DNA of 64,000 nt from Acidobacteriota bacterium (GTDB lineage Bacteria; Acidobacteriota; Terriglobia; Acidiferrales; UBA7541), in NCBI GenBank assembly GCA_037442425.1, contig JBBIQG010000004.1, positions 20,036-84,035 of the forward strand, in the 5' to 3' direction. How positions within the stretch are numbered: position 1 is the first letter of the stretch; every line of letters starts with the position of its first letter. Shown here in pieces: positions 16,456 through 25,169 of this stretch. The notes beneath the pieces are model-generated. The model was not told where the DNA came from and ran no database searches. It was given only the letters and a program-made list of their open reading frames with translations. A program made the translations under genes and the position numbers.

Positions 16456-18054
16456 GTGGACAGTACGTGCAACATGAACGCGCCTCCCCAGCCGCTACGA
16501 CTTCCCCTGAAACGAACTCTGCTCTGCTTCGCCCTTCTGACTATCCTGCTTGCTACATTGTCTCCATTTTCTTTTCGGCCCTACGATCCTTTGCATACGG
16601 TCCGATTATTCGAAAACCGCTCTTCGATGGGAGGCTGGGATTGGTTGGGTCTGCCGGTCAATGTGCTGTTGTTTTTGCCCTTTGGTTTCGGCGCCTGGGT
16701 AGGTCTGCGGGACAGATTCCGCTCCCCGGTTCGCTTGGCAGTGGTGGGCGTTCTTGGTGGTGGCCTCTCAGCAATGTGCGAACTGCTGCAGCTTTTTCTT
16801 CCCGGGCGGTTGACGTCTCCTCTGGACCTGGCAGCGAACACAACGGGCGCCATACTCGGAGCACTGTGCGCTCGGTGGTGGCAGCAGCCGGTGCTCCATT
16901 GGTTCGAATTGCGCGGACGGAGGCTCGTTCCCGCCCTTGTACCTTCCAGATTGTTGTGGCTTGGTCTGGCCTACCTGCTTGTGGTGAATTCCGTTTTGAT
17001 CCTGCTCTATCCGTGGAGCGGCCGCAGCACCTGGACCTGGGATACAAGTTATCCACTCATGCTCGGCAACGAAGCCGACGGCAGCCGCGCCTGGAACGGA
17101 CGCATCTGGCGTGTCGAATTTGCGGACCGTGCGATCGCCCCGGAACATGTCGAGCAGGTTGTTCACCAGGGCCTGGCAACGGCTGCTGGCCCCGCCTTTG
17201 TCGGCTCCTATTTTTTTTCCCCGGAACTGCCCCTGGGTCGGACCTCGGGGGTGTTGCCTCCACTGCGCTGGCGGGGCAAGGCCTCACCGAAGGTATCCGA
17301 GGGCGCTGTCCTCTTGTCTCGAGAAGGTTGGCTGCAAGCAGCGGGACCTGCTACCGCTCTCACTGGACGAATTCGGCAGACGAATCAATTCACGCTGGCA
17401 GTGCTCTGCCAGCCGGCCCGGCTCGACCAGTTCGGTCCTGCCCGTATCGTCAGCCTGTCGCTCGACCCCGGAGAAAGGAACTTCACTCTAGGCCAATTTG
17501 GCAGTCACGTGGCTGTACGCGTGCGCACACCGCTCACCGGCCAGAACGCCACCGATCCCGAGCTGCACCTACGCGATGCCCTGGCCACGCTTCAGCCGGT
17601 GCACCTGTTGGTAACGTTTGATGGTGCTCGTGTGCGTGCTTGGGTCAACGGCGTTTCCTCTGCGACCGAGCTGGATCTGAGGTTGCGTCCTGGTGCAGCG
17701 CTGTTCAGCCGTGTCTTTTTTGTTTCGCCCTATCGAATCCAGGAATGGGATGCTTGGAGTTCGGTACTTTTGTTTGTACCGACGGGTCTGCTGCTGGGCT
17801 TGGCGAGTGCAGGTTGGGGCGGAGTACGGCGTGTGGTGGTTATCAGCGTAGGAGTGCTCGTGCTGGCGCTTGCGGTGGAAGCCCTGGCCACATGGCTGCT
17901 CGAACATCCGCTGCTGTTGACTCGTATCATACGCGGCGCCGGGCTGGCTATCGCGGGTGTAGTCGTGGGCCTTGTGTTCGCCGGGGATCTGGTTCGATTG
18001 CGGAACATCGAACCAGAGCCGGCACGCACGCATCCTTCCCGGCAGGTCTGCTGA
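16456..18054 (+). CDS. Membrane protein: N-terminal VanZ-like domain, central LamG/concanavalin-like domain, C-terminal TM helices
   Basis: The VanZ-like part is NVLLFLPFGFGAWVG...MCELLQLFLPGRLTSPLDLAANTTGAILGAL. The LamG-type strands are WNGRIWRVEFADRAIAPEHV and FTLAVLCQPARLDQFGPARIVSLS...VHLLVTFDGARVRAWVNGV. Three hydrophobic helices are at the C-terminus. An alternative ATG start is at 16474. Confidence 0.6.
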   Translation: MDSTCNMNAPPQPLRLPLKRTLLCFALLTILLATLSPFSFRPYDPLHTVRLFENRSSMGGWDWLGLPVNVLLFLPFGFGAWVGLRDRFRSPVRLAVVGVLGGGLSAMCELLQLFLPGRLTSPLDLAANTTGAILGALCARWWQQPVLHWFELRGRRLVPALVPSRLLWLGLAYLLVVNSVLILLYPWSGRSTWTWDTSYPLMLGNEADGSRAWNGRIWRVEFADRAIAPEHVEQVVHQGLATAAGPAFVGSYFFSPELPLGRTSGVLPPLRWRGKASPKVSEGAVLLSREGWLQAAGPATALTGRIRQTNQFTLAVLCQPARLDQFGPARIVSLSLDPGERNFTLGQFGSHVAVRVRTPLTGQNATDPELHLRDALATLQPVHLLVTFDGARVRAWVNGVSSATELDLRLRPGAALFSRVFFVSPYRIQEWDAWSSVLLFVPTGLLLGLASAGWGGVRRVVVISVGVLVLALAVEALATWLLEHPLLLTRIIRGAGLAIAGVVVGLVFAGDLVRLRNIEPEPARTHPSRQVC

Positions 18055-18062
18055 GTCGAACG

Positions 18063-18746
18063 ATGCCTGTGGAACATTCGAACCATGCATGTGCAATGCC
18101 GAGTGGCACGCCTGGCGCGACGGCAAGGCGCTGGCTGCGAAGACTGCTACCGCAATGGTTGCAGCGCGTTTTCCGAATCGGCCGTGATCTGGGATTTCGT
18201 GCAGGGGCCATCCATCTTCGCCGACAACTGGCACGGGCCTGGGGCAGCCACCGTAGGCGTGCGGCACAAGCCACTCAGCCGGTGCGCAGTTTGATTTTTA
18301 TCTGTCATGGCAACATCATTCGCAGTCCATTTGCTGCAGCCCTGTTGAGAAAACTGCTGGCTGGCGGCGAGGTGAAGATTCATGTTTCTTCCGCAGGGTT
18401 GCAGGCCAATCCGGCACAAGGCGCTGACCCACGTGTCCGCGCACTGGCGCCACGATTGGGCATCAGCTTGGAAGAGCACCGAGCCACACCCCTGACGGCA
18501 GCCATGGTGGAAGAAAACGATCTGCTGTTGGTCATGGATTACCGCAACGAAGCCGAGTTGCTGGCCCGTTTTCCGAACGCGCGAAGGAAGGTCTGGCTGT
18601 TGCGAGAATACGTCTGGGCCCGCGGAAAAGAACTGGAGATTCCCGACCCGTATCTGGGAGGCGAAACCGAAGTGCAGCGCGTCTGCGAAGAGCTGCATCG
18701 CTGTGTCGTGGAGTTGACCAGACGACTCTACCCTGGTGGTTCATGA
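18063..18746 (+). CDS. Low-molecular-weight protein-tyrosine phosphatase (Wzb-like) with a roughly 70-aa N-terminal extension
   Basis: P-loop LIFICHGNIIRSP (C-X5-R-S) and catalytic Asp in EIPDPY. The ORF-track entry 17640-18746 overlaps the preceding gene; the first Met after that gene's stop is 18063. Confidence 0.8.
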   Translation: MPVEHSNHACAMPSGTPGATARRWLRRLLPQWLQRVFRIGRDLGFRAGAIHLRRQLARAWGSHRRRAAQATQPVRSLIFICHGNIIRSPFAAALLRKLLAGGEVKIHVSSAGLQANPAQGADPRVRALAPRLGISLEEHRATPLTAAMVEENDLLLVMDYRNEAELLARFPNARRKVWLLREYVWARGKELEIPDPYLGGETEVQRVCEELHRCVVELTRRLYPGGS

Positions 18747-19600
18747 GATTCGTGTCCTCTCTGTCTCTTCTTTCGCTTTCTCCAGAACTGCGGTGCAATC
18801 TGGCGTAGTTCGAAGTGCAGTTCGTCTGGGGTGGCATACCAGTTGTTCAGGGGCAGGCGCTGCAGCCGGTAGAGATTATCGCTGAGCTGAACAAATCCTC
18901 CATAGGAGGAACAGCAGCAGCGATAACCGGCTTTGTGCACCAGGGCGCGATTTTCTTCCGTGATGTTCCCGGGCTGACCGAACGGATAGGCAAACAGAGA
19001 AACTTCCACGCCCAGTTTATCCTCGAGTTCTGCTTTGGAAGCGGTCAGCTCGACCCAGGCTTCTGCTGCAGAAAGGCGACCAAGGTCGGCGTGATGGACC
19101 GTGTGGGAGCCGATTTCAAAGCCCTGCCGGTGTAGTTCGCGCACATGTTCCCACTCCATCCACGCGACGCGTCCGCGTAGATGTTCGTCCCAAAACATCA
19201 CCCGCTCGGTTCCCAGCAGACCTGTTGCGACAAAGAACGTTGCCGGCATCCTGTACTCAGCCAGGATGGGTGCGGCAACTTCGAAGTTGTCGCGATAGCC
19301 GTCATCGAACGTGATGGCCACGGCGCGACGCGGCCAGAGCTGTTTTTTCTGCAGGCAATCGAGCAGCTCGGTCAACGAAAGCACCGAATAGTGTTCGTGC
19401 AGAAGTCGAAGAATCCAGCGAAATCGTGCGGTGCTAATGGTCAGCGCGTCCTCGGGAATTTCGTCGGTGACGCGATGAAAAGACAGAATCGCCGCGGGCA
19501 AGCGGTTCTGCGCTGCCCACACACGGTCGCGCAGCCACTCCGCACCTGAATACCCGACACCACGAAGAATCGCCGCCTTGGCCAGTTGCTTGAAGTTCAT
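18728..19600 (-). CDS. Polysaccharide deacetylase (NodB homology domain, CE4)
   Basis: AITFDDGYRDN (motif 1), GSHTVHHADL (motif 2), LFAYPFG (motif 3). Its 3' end overlaps the PTP gene convergently by 19 nt. Confidence 0.85.
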   Translation of the reverse strand: MNFKQLAKAAILRGVGYSGAEWLRDRVWAAQNRLPAAILSFHRVTDEIPEDALTISTARFRWILRLLHEHYSVLSLTELLDCLQKKQLWPRRAVAITFDDGYRDNFEVAAPILAEYRMPATFFVATGLLGTERVMFWDEHLRGRVAWMEWEHVRELHRQGFEIGSHTVHHADLGRLSAAEAWVELTASKAELEDKLGVEVSLFAYPFGQPGNITEENRALVHKAGYRCCCSSYGGFVQLSDNLYRLQRLPLNNWYATPDELHFELRQIAPQFWRKRKKRQRGHESHEPPG

Positions 19601-19632
19601 ATCGCGTGCGCCTCGTGCGCCGCTGCCGTTGC

Positions 19633-20823
19633 TCAGCCGTCGCTCAGTTCTTTACGGTACGGACGGACGCGTCGGTAGGTACGCCGGAAAAATTCCCAAG
19701 CCGAATTCGGAAGATGCGCCCGCATCCATTCCTTTCCGCGCGCGGTGGAGTCCTCCAGTTTCAGGTACATCGCACCACGCGAGCGGCCTGGCGCCGCCCG
19801 CAGGGAAACATACTTCTGCTCGCGTGCTCCCCAGCGCAGCTTGTATTCGTCCCCGCCGCCTAAGAAATCGTAGAAGCGCATGCGACGCTCGATGGAATTT
19901 CGGATGACAAAAGCCCTCAGGAAATTGCCGGGAGAAAGCGCTGCGCACTCTGGGTCGAAGCCGTTCATTAAATTCACCTGGGTATCGGCGTATCGAAATT
20001 CGAGCTCTGCGGCGATGGTGCGGTCATCTGCATCCAGCAGCCAGAAATCCAGCCATCCTCGCTCCAGCATACGCGGAGCAAACCGGTAATAGAAATCACG
20101 CCGCTGGGGTACCGAGAAACTTCCGGATTGCCCGCGCATCTGCCAGAGCTGGGAATTCAATTGGAACATCTGGTTGAGTGCCTCGGGCAGTTGCTCCGGG
20201 CGATCGCAACGCCAGATGCGAACTTTGTGTGCGGATTCCAGTCTGCGGCGTTGCTTTTTCAGGGTCATTCGCATGTTGCTCGAGAGCGAGGCCCAATACG
20301 CCTCCCAGCTCTCAGGCAGTAGAATCCTCCTGTGGGGTGTGTGGTTCGTCTGACAAATCCAACCCCGCCGGGAAAATTCCTGTTGCAGAGCAGGGATCAT
20401 GACCGATTCTTCCACCAACGCGTTCAGCTCCACCAGATCCCAGCACGAGCGGTGCTCTTCCAACCCATCCAGGAACGCTGTGGCTGCCTCCGCCACATGG
20501 TTCGGATCTGCGATGAGGTTCAGGCTGTCGGAGTCGAATGAACCATCTCCAACGAAGCGCAAAACGTTCAGGGTGAAGCCGGGCAGCACCCTGCGCTGGA
20601 CGATCTGCATCGGCGCAATCAGGAACGGTTCGCCATCATTTCTCCGGGCCACCAGGATCAGCAGGTTCGAGCCGTCCGTGTAAGCTTCGCTCCAAGACAC
20701 GAGCCATTCCCAAGTTAGAAAAACAGAGGGATCAGTGCAGTTGGCGACAAACTGATTCCACCGTTCCCCGAGCTTGCCCAGCTTGTCCCAGGATCGGAAT
20801 GTTTCTAGGCTTTGGGTGCGCAT
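19633..20823 (-). CDS. GNAT-fold acyltransferase of the CelD/BcsL / FemAB-related family
   Basis: WDKLGKLGERWNQFVANCTDPSVFLTWEWLVSWSEAY... plus C-terminal FYDFLGGGDEYKLRWG, typical of CelD-like (Acetyltransf_6-type) proteins in EPS loci. Confidence 0.7.
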   Translation of the reverse strand: MRTQSLETFRSWDKLGKLGERWNQFVANCTDPSVFLTWEWLVSWSEAYTDGSNLLILVARRNDGEPFLIAPMQIVQRRVLPGFTLNVLRFVGDGSFDSDSLNLIADPNHVAEAATAFLDGLEEHRSCWDLVELNALVEESVMIPALQQEFSRRGWICQTNHTPHRRILLPESWEAYWASLSSNMRMTLKKQRRRLESAHKVRIWRCDRPEQLPEALNQMFQLNSQLWQMRGQSGSFSVPQRRDFYYRFAPRMLERGWLDFWLLDADDRTIAAELEFRYADTQVNLMNGFDPECAALSPGNFLRAFVIRNSIERRMRFYDFLGGGDEYKLRWGAREQKYVSLRAAPGRSRGAMYLKLEDSTARGKEWMRAHLPNSAWEFFRRTYRRVRPYRKELSDG

Positions 20824-20890
20824 GGCACTCGTTTGCTCAGCAATGCCTTGGGCTAATTGTCATCGTGCGTCGGACTTGTTTTACATTCAC

Positions 20891-20906
20891 TGCAATTATT
20901 TCACCA
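20891..20906 (-). promoter_or_regulatory. Weaker sigma54-like element upstream of the CelD-like gene
   Basis: The minus strand reads TGGTGA-AATAA-TTGCA. Spacing is correct and the -12 box is perfect, but the -24 box has T in place of the conserved C. It lies 68 nt upstream of the start at 20823. Confidence 0.25.
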
Positions 20907-21079
20907 GATGTATTTCCAACCGGTTCGGCTGGCAAGTGTTTTTGCGATGGGGCATTAGCGGCTTTCGGCGATGTTGCCCTAACCTTCTTCTGCCGTAGTT
21001 ATCCCCCGTGGCATCTGGGCGAAACGGCAGGGCTCATCCCAACTGCAAACCATTTCGACTTGTTTTGTTCCACCGCAAC

Positions 21080-21095
21080 CGCAAGCAGCCAGCCA
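21080..21095 (-). promoter_or_regulatory. Candidate sigma54 (-24/-12) element upstream of the CelD-like/deacetylase genes
   Basis: The minus strand reads TGGCTG-GCTGC-TTGCG with exact GG/GC spacing. The leader to the start at 20823 would be long (about 245 nt). Confidence 0.3.
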
Positions 21096-21167
21096 ATTTA
21101 GCCCTAATGTCCCAGGACCTGAGGTTCGTGCTTGAAGGGCATAACCGGAGAAAAGTTTGGGAAAATA

Positions 21168-21188
21168 GTGGAAATTAGTTTCTCTTCC
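21168..21188. promoter_or_regulatory. Second copy of the 21-nt motif (GTGGAAATTAGTTTCTCTTCC)
   Basis: 17/21 identity to 13140-13160. It lies 73 bp upstream of the 21080-21095 sigma54-like element and 134 bp upstream of glmS. Confidence 0.3.
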
Positions 21189-21321
21189 TTCTGTGCCTTT
21201 TATGTATGGATGCTTCCTAATTTATTGGAATTGTTGATGTTGTGTTTTCTTTAATTCGTTCAACGGCGCCTTTCATTTGGAGTGAGAGTTGCAGTCGATA
21301 CTGCGACAACCGGGTTCACAT

Positions 21322-23175
21322 ATGTGCGGGATTGTAGGTTACGTTGGACCGCGGCCCCTGGTGCCGGTGCTGCTGGAAGGGCTCAAACGGCTGGAGTATC
21401 GGGGCTACGACTCGGCCGGTGTTGCCGTGGGTGGCAACGGCAATGGACTCAGTCTGCGTCGGGTTACAGGCAAGTTAGCCAATCTCGAACGGGCCCTTTG
21501 TGCTTCGCCGTTGCAAGGCAGTTATGGCTTGGGCCACACGCGCTGGGCTACTCATGGTCCGCCCAGTGAACGGAATGCCCACCCGCATACGGATTGTTCC
21601 GGACGGTTGGCGCTGGTGCACAACGGGATCATCGAAAATTACGCCGAGTTGAAGGAACGTCTGCTCGCCGCCGGGCACCGCCTGCAGAGTGAAACTGACA
21701 GCGAAGTCGTCGCGCACCTGATCGAATCGCATCTGCGCGACGACCTGGCCGCTGCGGTGCGGGCGATCGTGGGACAGTTGCGCGGTTCGTTTGCCCTAGC
21801 GGTGATTTCCCGCGATGATCCTGAAACCATCGTCGCTGCCCGGTGGGGTGCGCCGGTGGTGCTCGGCCTCGGGGAACAAGAGTATTTCGTCGCTTCGGAT
21901 GTGCTGCCCATTCTGCCCTACACGCGCAAGGTCATCTATCTGGCCGATGGCGAAGTGGCTGTGCTCCGCCCGACAGGGATTTGCATCACCGATTTCGATG
22001 GCACACTGCACCAGCCCCAGCCGCAGACGGTTACTTGGGATGCCGCGCACGCGGAAAAAAACGGTTTCCGGCATTTCATGCTCAAGGAAATCTACGAGCA
22101 GCCGATCGCCATCCGGGAAACCCTCCGCGGTCGGGTGGACTGGCAGCAACAACGGGTCGCCCTCGCCGAACTGGACGTGCTGTTCGACCGGGTGAATCGC
22201 CTGCAGCGGGTTCATCTGGTGGCGTGCGGCACTTCGCTTCACGCCGCGATGGTGGGCAAGTGGATGATAGAAACGCTCGCGCGGATTCCGGTGGAAGTGG
22301 ACTACGGTTCGGAATACCGCTACCGAAATCCGGTGTTGGACGCGGAAACCCTCACCGTGCTGATCAGCCAGTCGGGCGAAACGGCCGATACCCTGGCCGC
22401 GGCTCGCGAAGCGCGCTGCCAAGGTGCGGCAACGCTGGCGATCACCAATGTTCCTGGCAGCACACTGGCGCGCGAGAGTGACGCGGTGCTGCTCACGCGG
22501 GCGGGCCCGGAGATCGGCGTTGCAGCGACAAAAACGTTTTCGGCGCAGCTCACCGCTCTGCTCCTGCTCGCGCTGGATCTGGCCCAGCGCCGCACCTGCT
22601 GGTCGGAGGCGCAGGCTCGTGCGCTCTTTTCTTCTTTGGCTTCGCTTCCCGCGCAAATCGAGCGGGTCCTGGAACGCGACGCAGCCGTCGAAGCACTCGC
22701 CCGGCGCTTCTATCGTGTTCAGAATTGCCTCTATCTGGGCCGCGGCATTCATTTCCCGATTGCTCTCGAGGGAGCACTGAAGCTGAAGGAAATTTCCTAT
22801 ATCCATGCCGAAGGCTACCCGGCCGGCGAAATGAAGCACGGACCGAATGCTCTGATTGACGACCAGCTCCCGGTCGTCTTCCTGGCCACTCGTGACCCCG
22901 GCAATGCGGCCAGCGAACTGCTCTATCAGAAAACCTTGAGCAATATGGAAGAAGTCCGTGCCCGCCAAGGGCGTGTGATCGCAGTGGTGAACGAAGGCGA
23001 CCGGGAAGCCCGCAAACGCGCCGAGGTCGTTCTGGAAATTCCCCGAGCCAGCGAGTTCGTGCTCCCGTTGCTGGAAGTGGTGCCGCTGCAACTGTTCGCC
23101 TACCACATCGCTGTGCTGCGCGGCTGCGATGTGGATCAGCCTCGGAATCTGGCGAAATCGGTCACGGTCGAGTAA
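21322..23175 (+). CDS. glmS: Glutamine--fructose-6-phosphate aminotransferase
   Basis: MCGIVGYVGPR (N-terminal nucleophile Cys), two SIS domains, C-terminal DQPRNLAKSVTVE. The start is moved to the conserved Met-Cys at 21322. Confidence 0.95.
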   Translation: MCGIVGYVGPRPLVPVLLEGLKRLEYRGYDSAGVAVGGNGNGLSLRRVTGKLANLERALCASPLQGSYGLGHTRWATHGPPSERNAHPHTDCSGRLALVHNGIIENYAELKERLLAAGHRLQSETDSEVVAHLIESHLRDDLAAAVRAIVGQLRGSFALAVISRDDPETIVAARWGAPVVLGLGEQEYFVASDVLPILPYTRKVIYLADGEVAVLRPTGICITDFDGTLHQPQPQTVTWDAAHAEKNGFRHFMLKEIYEQPIAIRETLRGRVDWQQQRVALAELDVLFDRVNRLQRVHLVACGTSLHAAMVGKWMIETLARIPVEVDYGSEYRYRNPVLDAETLTVLISQSGETADTLAAAREARCQGAATLAITNVPGSTLARESDAVLLTRAGPEIGVAATKTFSAQLTALLLLALDLAQRRTCWSEAQARALFSSLASLPAQIERVLERDAAVEALARRFYRVQNCLYLGRGIHFPIALEGALKLKEISYIHAEGYPAGEMKHGPNALIDDQLPVVFLATRDPGNAASELLYQKTLSNMEEVRARQGRVIAVVNEGDREARKRAEVVLEIPRASEFVLPLLEVVPLQLFAYHIAVLRGCDVDQPRNLAKSVTVE

Positions 23176-23680
23176 CCGGGTTGCGTCGAAGGGTTTTTCC
23201 CGAAGAAGACAGATTCGCGACCACATTCGGAAACGCAGCGGTTGATGGGTGTTCCGCGCGTGCACTTCTGGTTGTTCTGCAGAGAACGCGAGGTCCGATG
23301 ATCGTTCCCGCTTGAATTCCTGCCTCGGAGTCCGGCCGCGAGGGCGGCCGGTTGCTTCGGGGATTGGTGCAGTGCACACAATGCACGATGCGCCGCTGGG
23401 AAGAGCTCCACTGGGGCGACGGGTTGCTTCTCCGTCGTGATGGCACCGTGGAGCTGCATTGTTCCGGCTGTGGCGAGCGCCGACCGCACCGGTTCGTGCG
23501 CATGAGCCGCTGAACGTGCGCAATGCGCGGGCCGGCGTTTCGTACCCCGCTCTGGTTCGCGGGAGTCCGTCGGAGCTGAACCTTCTGGACGGCACAGGCC
23601 CCCGCAGAATTGTTGCAGGGTGAGCGGCGGCCGCATAAGATGAGCAGGTTGCATTCGCAATCGCACTCGATACGACGCCC

Positions 23681-25051
23681 ATGACGACACCACAGACCAG
23701 CACGGAAAAGCTCCCGCGCCAGCCGGCCGCGTTTGCCGAGCGCAATCTCCGCGTCGGCATCATCGGTTGCGGATATGTGGGCCTGCCGCTGGCGCTTCGT
23801 TTTGCCGAAGCCGGTCATCGCGTGACGGGCTTCGACACCGATCCGCGAAAAGTTGCCAAGCTGAACGCGGGGCAAAGTTATTTGCGCCACATCCCAGCCG
23901 AAAAAATTCAGAACCAGCTCTCCAGTCAGCACTTTCAGGCGAGCGGAGAGTTTTCTCAGCTCCGCGAAATGGATGCCATTCTGATCTGTGTGCCCACTCC
24001 GCTCGATGAGCGCCGCGAACCGGACTTGCGCTATGTGGAGCAGACCGCTCGCGTGATCGCGCAGAATCTGCAACGCGGACAACTGGTCGTGTTGGAATCG
24101 ACGACCTATCCGGGAACCACGGAAGAGCTCGTGCTGCCGATTCTGGAGCGCAGCGGGTTGCGCTGCCCCATCTCCTCTGCGGGGGATGTGGCGACCGATT
24201 TTTATCTGGCCTTTTCTCCGGAACGGGAAGACCCCGGGAACCCACAGTACTCGCTGGCGCAGATCCCCAAAGTCGTTGCTGGAGTGAACCCGCCCAGCCG
24301 GTTGGCGGTGGAACATCTCTACAGTCAGATTGTCACCCAGGTCGTTCCCGTCAGCTCGACACGCACTGCGGAGATGACCAAGCTACTGGAGAATATCTTT
24401 CGCTCGGTGAATATCGCTCTGGTCAACGAGCTGAAATTGCTCTGCCAGCGTATGGGCATCAACATCTGGGAAGTCATCGAAAGCGCTGCGACCAAGCCGT
24501 TCGGCTACATGCCGTTCTATCCTGGCCCCGGCTTGGGTGGCCACTGCATTCCGGTGGACCCCTTCTACTTGTCCTGGAAAGCGCGAGAGTACGACTTCAC
24601 TACGCGGTTCATCGAACTGGCCGGCGAGATCAATGTTTCCATGCCCTACCACGTGGTCGAAACTACCGCGCGGGCTCTGAACGCGCGGCAGAAACCCCTG
24701 AACGGATCGAAGCTGCTAGTGCTCGGCGTCGCGTACAAAAAAGATGTGGACGACATGCGCGAATCTCCTGCGCTGAAAATCCTGCAATTGCTCCAGCAGC
24801 GGGGTGCGCAGGTCGACTACAACGACCCGTACGTGCCCGAGCTCTATGCCATGCGGCACTATGACTTCTCGGGCCTGAAATCGGTTGAGCTGACGGCAGA
24901 GCGGCTGGCCAGCTACGATGGCGTGCTGATTGTTACCGATCACTCTTGCTACGACTTTGCCTTCATCGTACGACACGCCCGCCTCGTCGTGGATACACGC
25001 AACGCAACACGCAACGTCGCAGAACAGCGAGAAAAAATCGTCCTAGCCTGA
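23681..25051 (+). CDS. Nucleotide-sugar 6-dehydrogenase, UDP-N-acetyl-hexosamine dehydrogenase type (WecC/WbpA/Cap5O-like)
   Basis: VGIIGCGYVGLPLALRFA, FSPEREDPGN, catalytic Cys in PGPGLGGHCIPVDP, C-terminal VLGVAYKKDVDDMRESPA. Confidence 0.85.
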   Translation: MTTPQTSTEKLPRQPAAFAERNLRVGIIGCGYVGLPLALRFAEAGHRVTGFDTDPRKVAKLNAGQSYLRHIPAEKIQNQLSSQHFQASGEFSQLREMDAILICVPTPLDERREPDLRYVEQTARVIAQNLQRGQLVVLESTTYPGTTEELVLPILERSGLRCPISSAGDVATDFYLAFSPEREDPGNPQYSLAQIPKVVAGVNPPSRLAVEHLYSQIVTQVVPVSSTRTAEMTKLLENIFRSVNIALVNELKLLCQRMGINIWEVIESAATKPFGYMPFYPGPGLGGHCIPVDPFYLSWKAREYDFTTRFIELAGEINVSMPYHVVETTARALNARQKPLNGSKLLVLGVAYKKDVDDMRESPALKILQLLQQRGAQVDYNDPYVPELYAMRHYDFSGLKSVELTAERLASYDGVLIVTDHSCYDFAFIVRHARLVVDTRNATRNVAEQREKIVLA

Positions 25052-25139
25052 AGCTAAAGCTGTCGTTTTGGCTCGGGGCGCTTGCGGTGTCGCCGGACTC
25101 ACTCTTACGAATTTATCTTTAGTTGAATAACAATTTCGA

Positions 25140-25145
25140 TATAAT
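25140..25145 (+). promoter_or_regulatory. Possible sigma70-type -10 box (TATAAT) for the GT-C gene
   Basis: A perfect TATAAT sits 25 nt upstream of the ATG at 25170 in a short AT-rich gap, with an AGAGG ribosome-binding site in between. The only -35 candidate is weak (TTTAGT, 16-nt spacer). Confidence 0.3.
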
Positions 25146-25169
25146 ACCGCAAACCTTAGAGGTTCCCTG

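Noticed and set aside
20823-20837. TGGCAC-TCGT-TTGCT sigma54 look-alike
   Set aside because: The GG-to-GC distance is one nucleotide too short. It overlaps the start codon of the minus-strand gene and points away from any nearby plus-strand gene.
20930-20946. TGGCAA-GTGTTT-TTGCG sigma54 look-alike
   Set aside because: The GG-to-GC distance is one nucleotide too long.
21100-21321. Possible glmS ribozyme in the AT-rich leader of glmS
   Set aside because: I could not find the conserved core elements of the ribozyme as I remember them (the ...AGCGCC.. cleavage-site helix followed by ..GACGAGG.. and the pseudoknot segments). The leader looks like plain AT-rich promoter DNA. A covariance-model scan would settle it.
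21796-23763. 655-aa ORF antisense to glmS
   Set aside because: It lies entirely opposite a gene with unmistakable GlmS sequence. Its translation is Arg/Ala/Gly-rich with no recognisable motif. Long antisense ORFs are expected in high-GC DNA.
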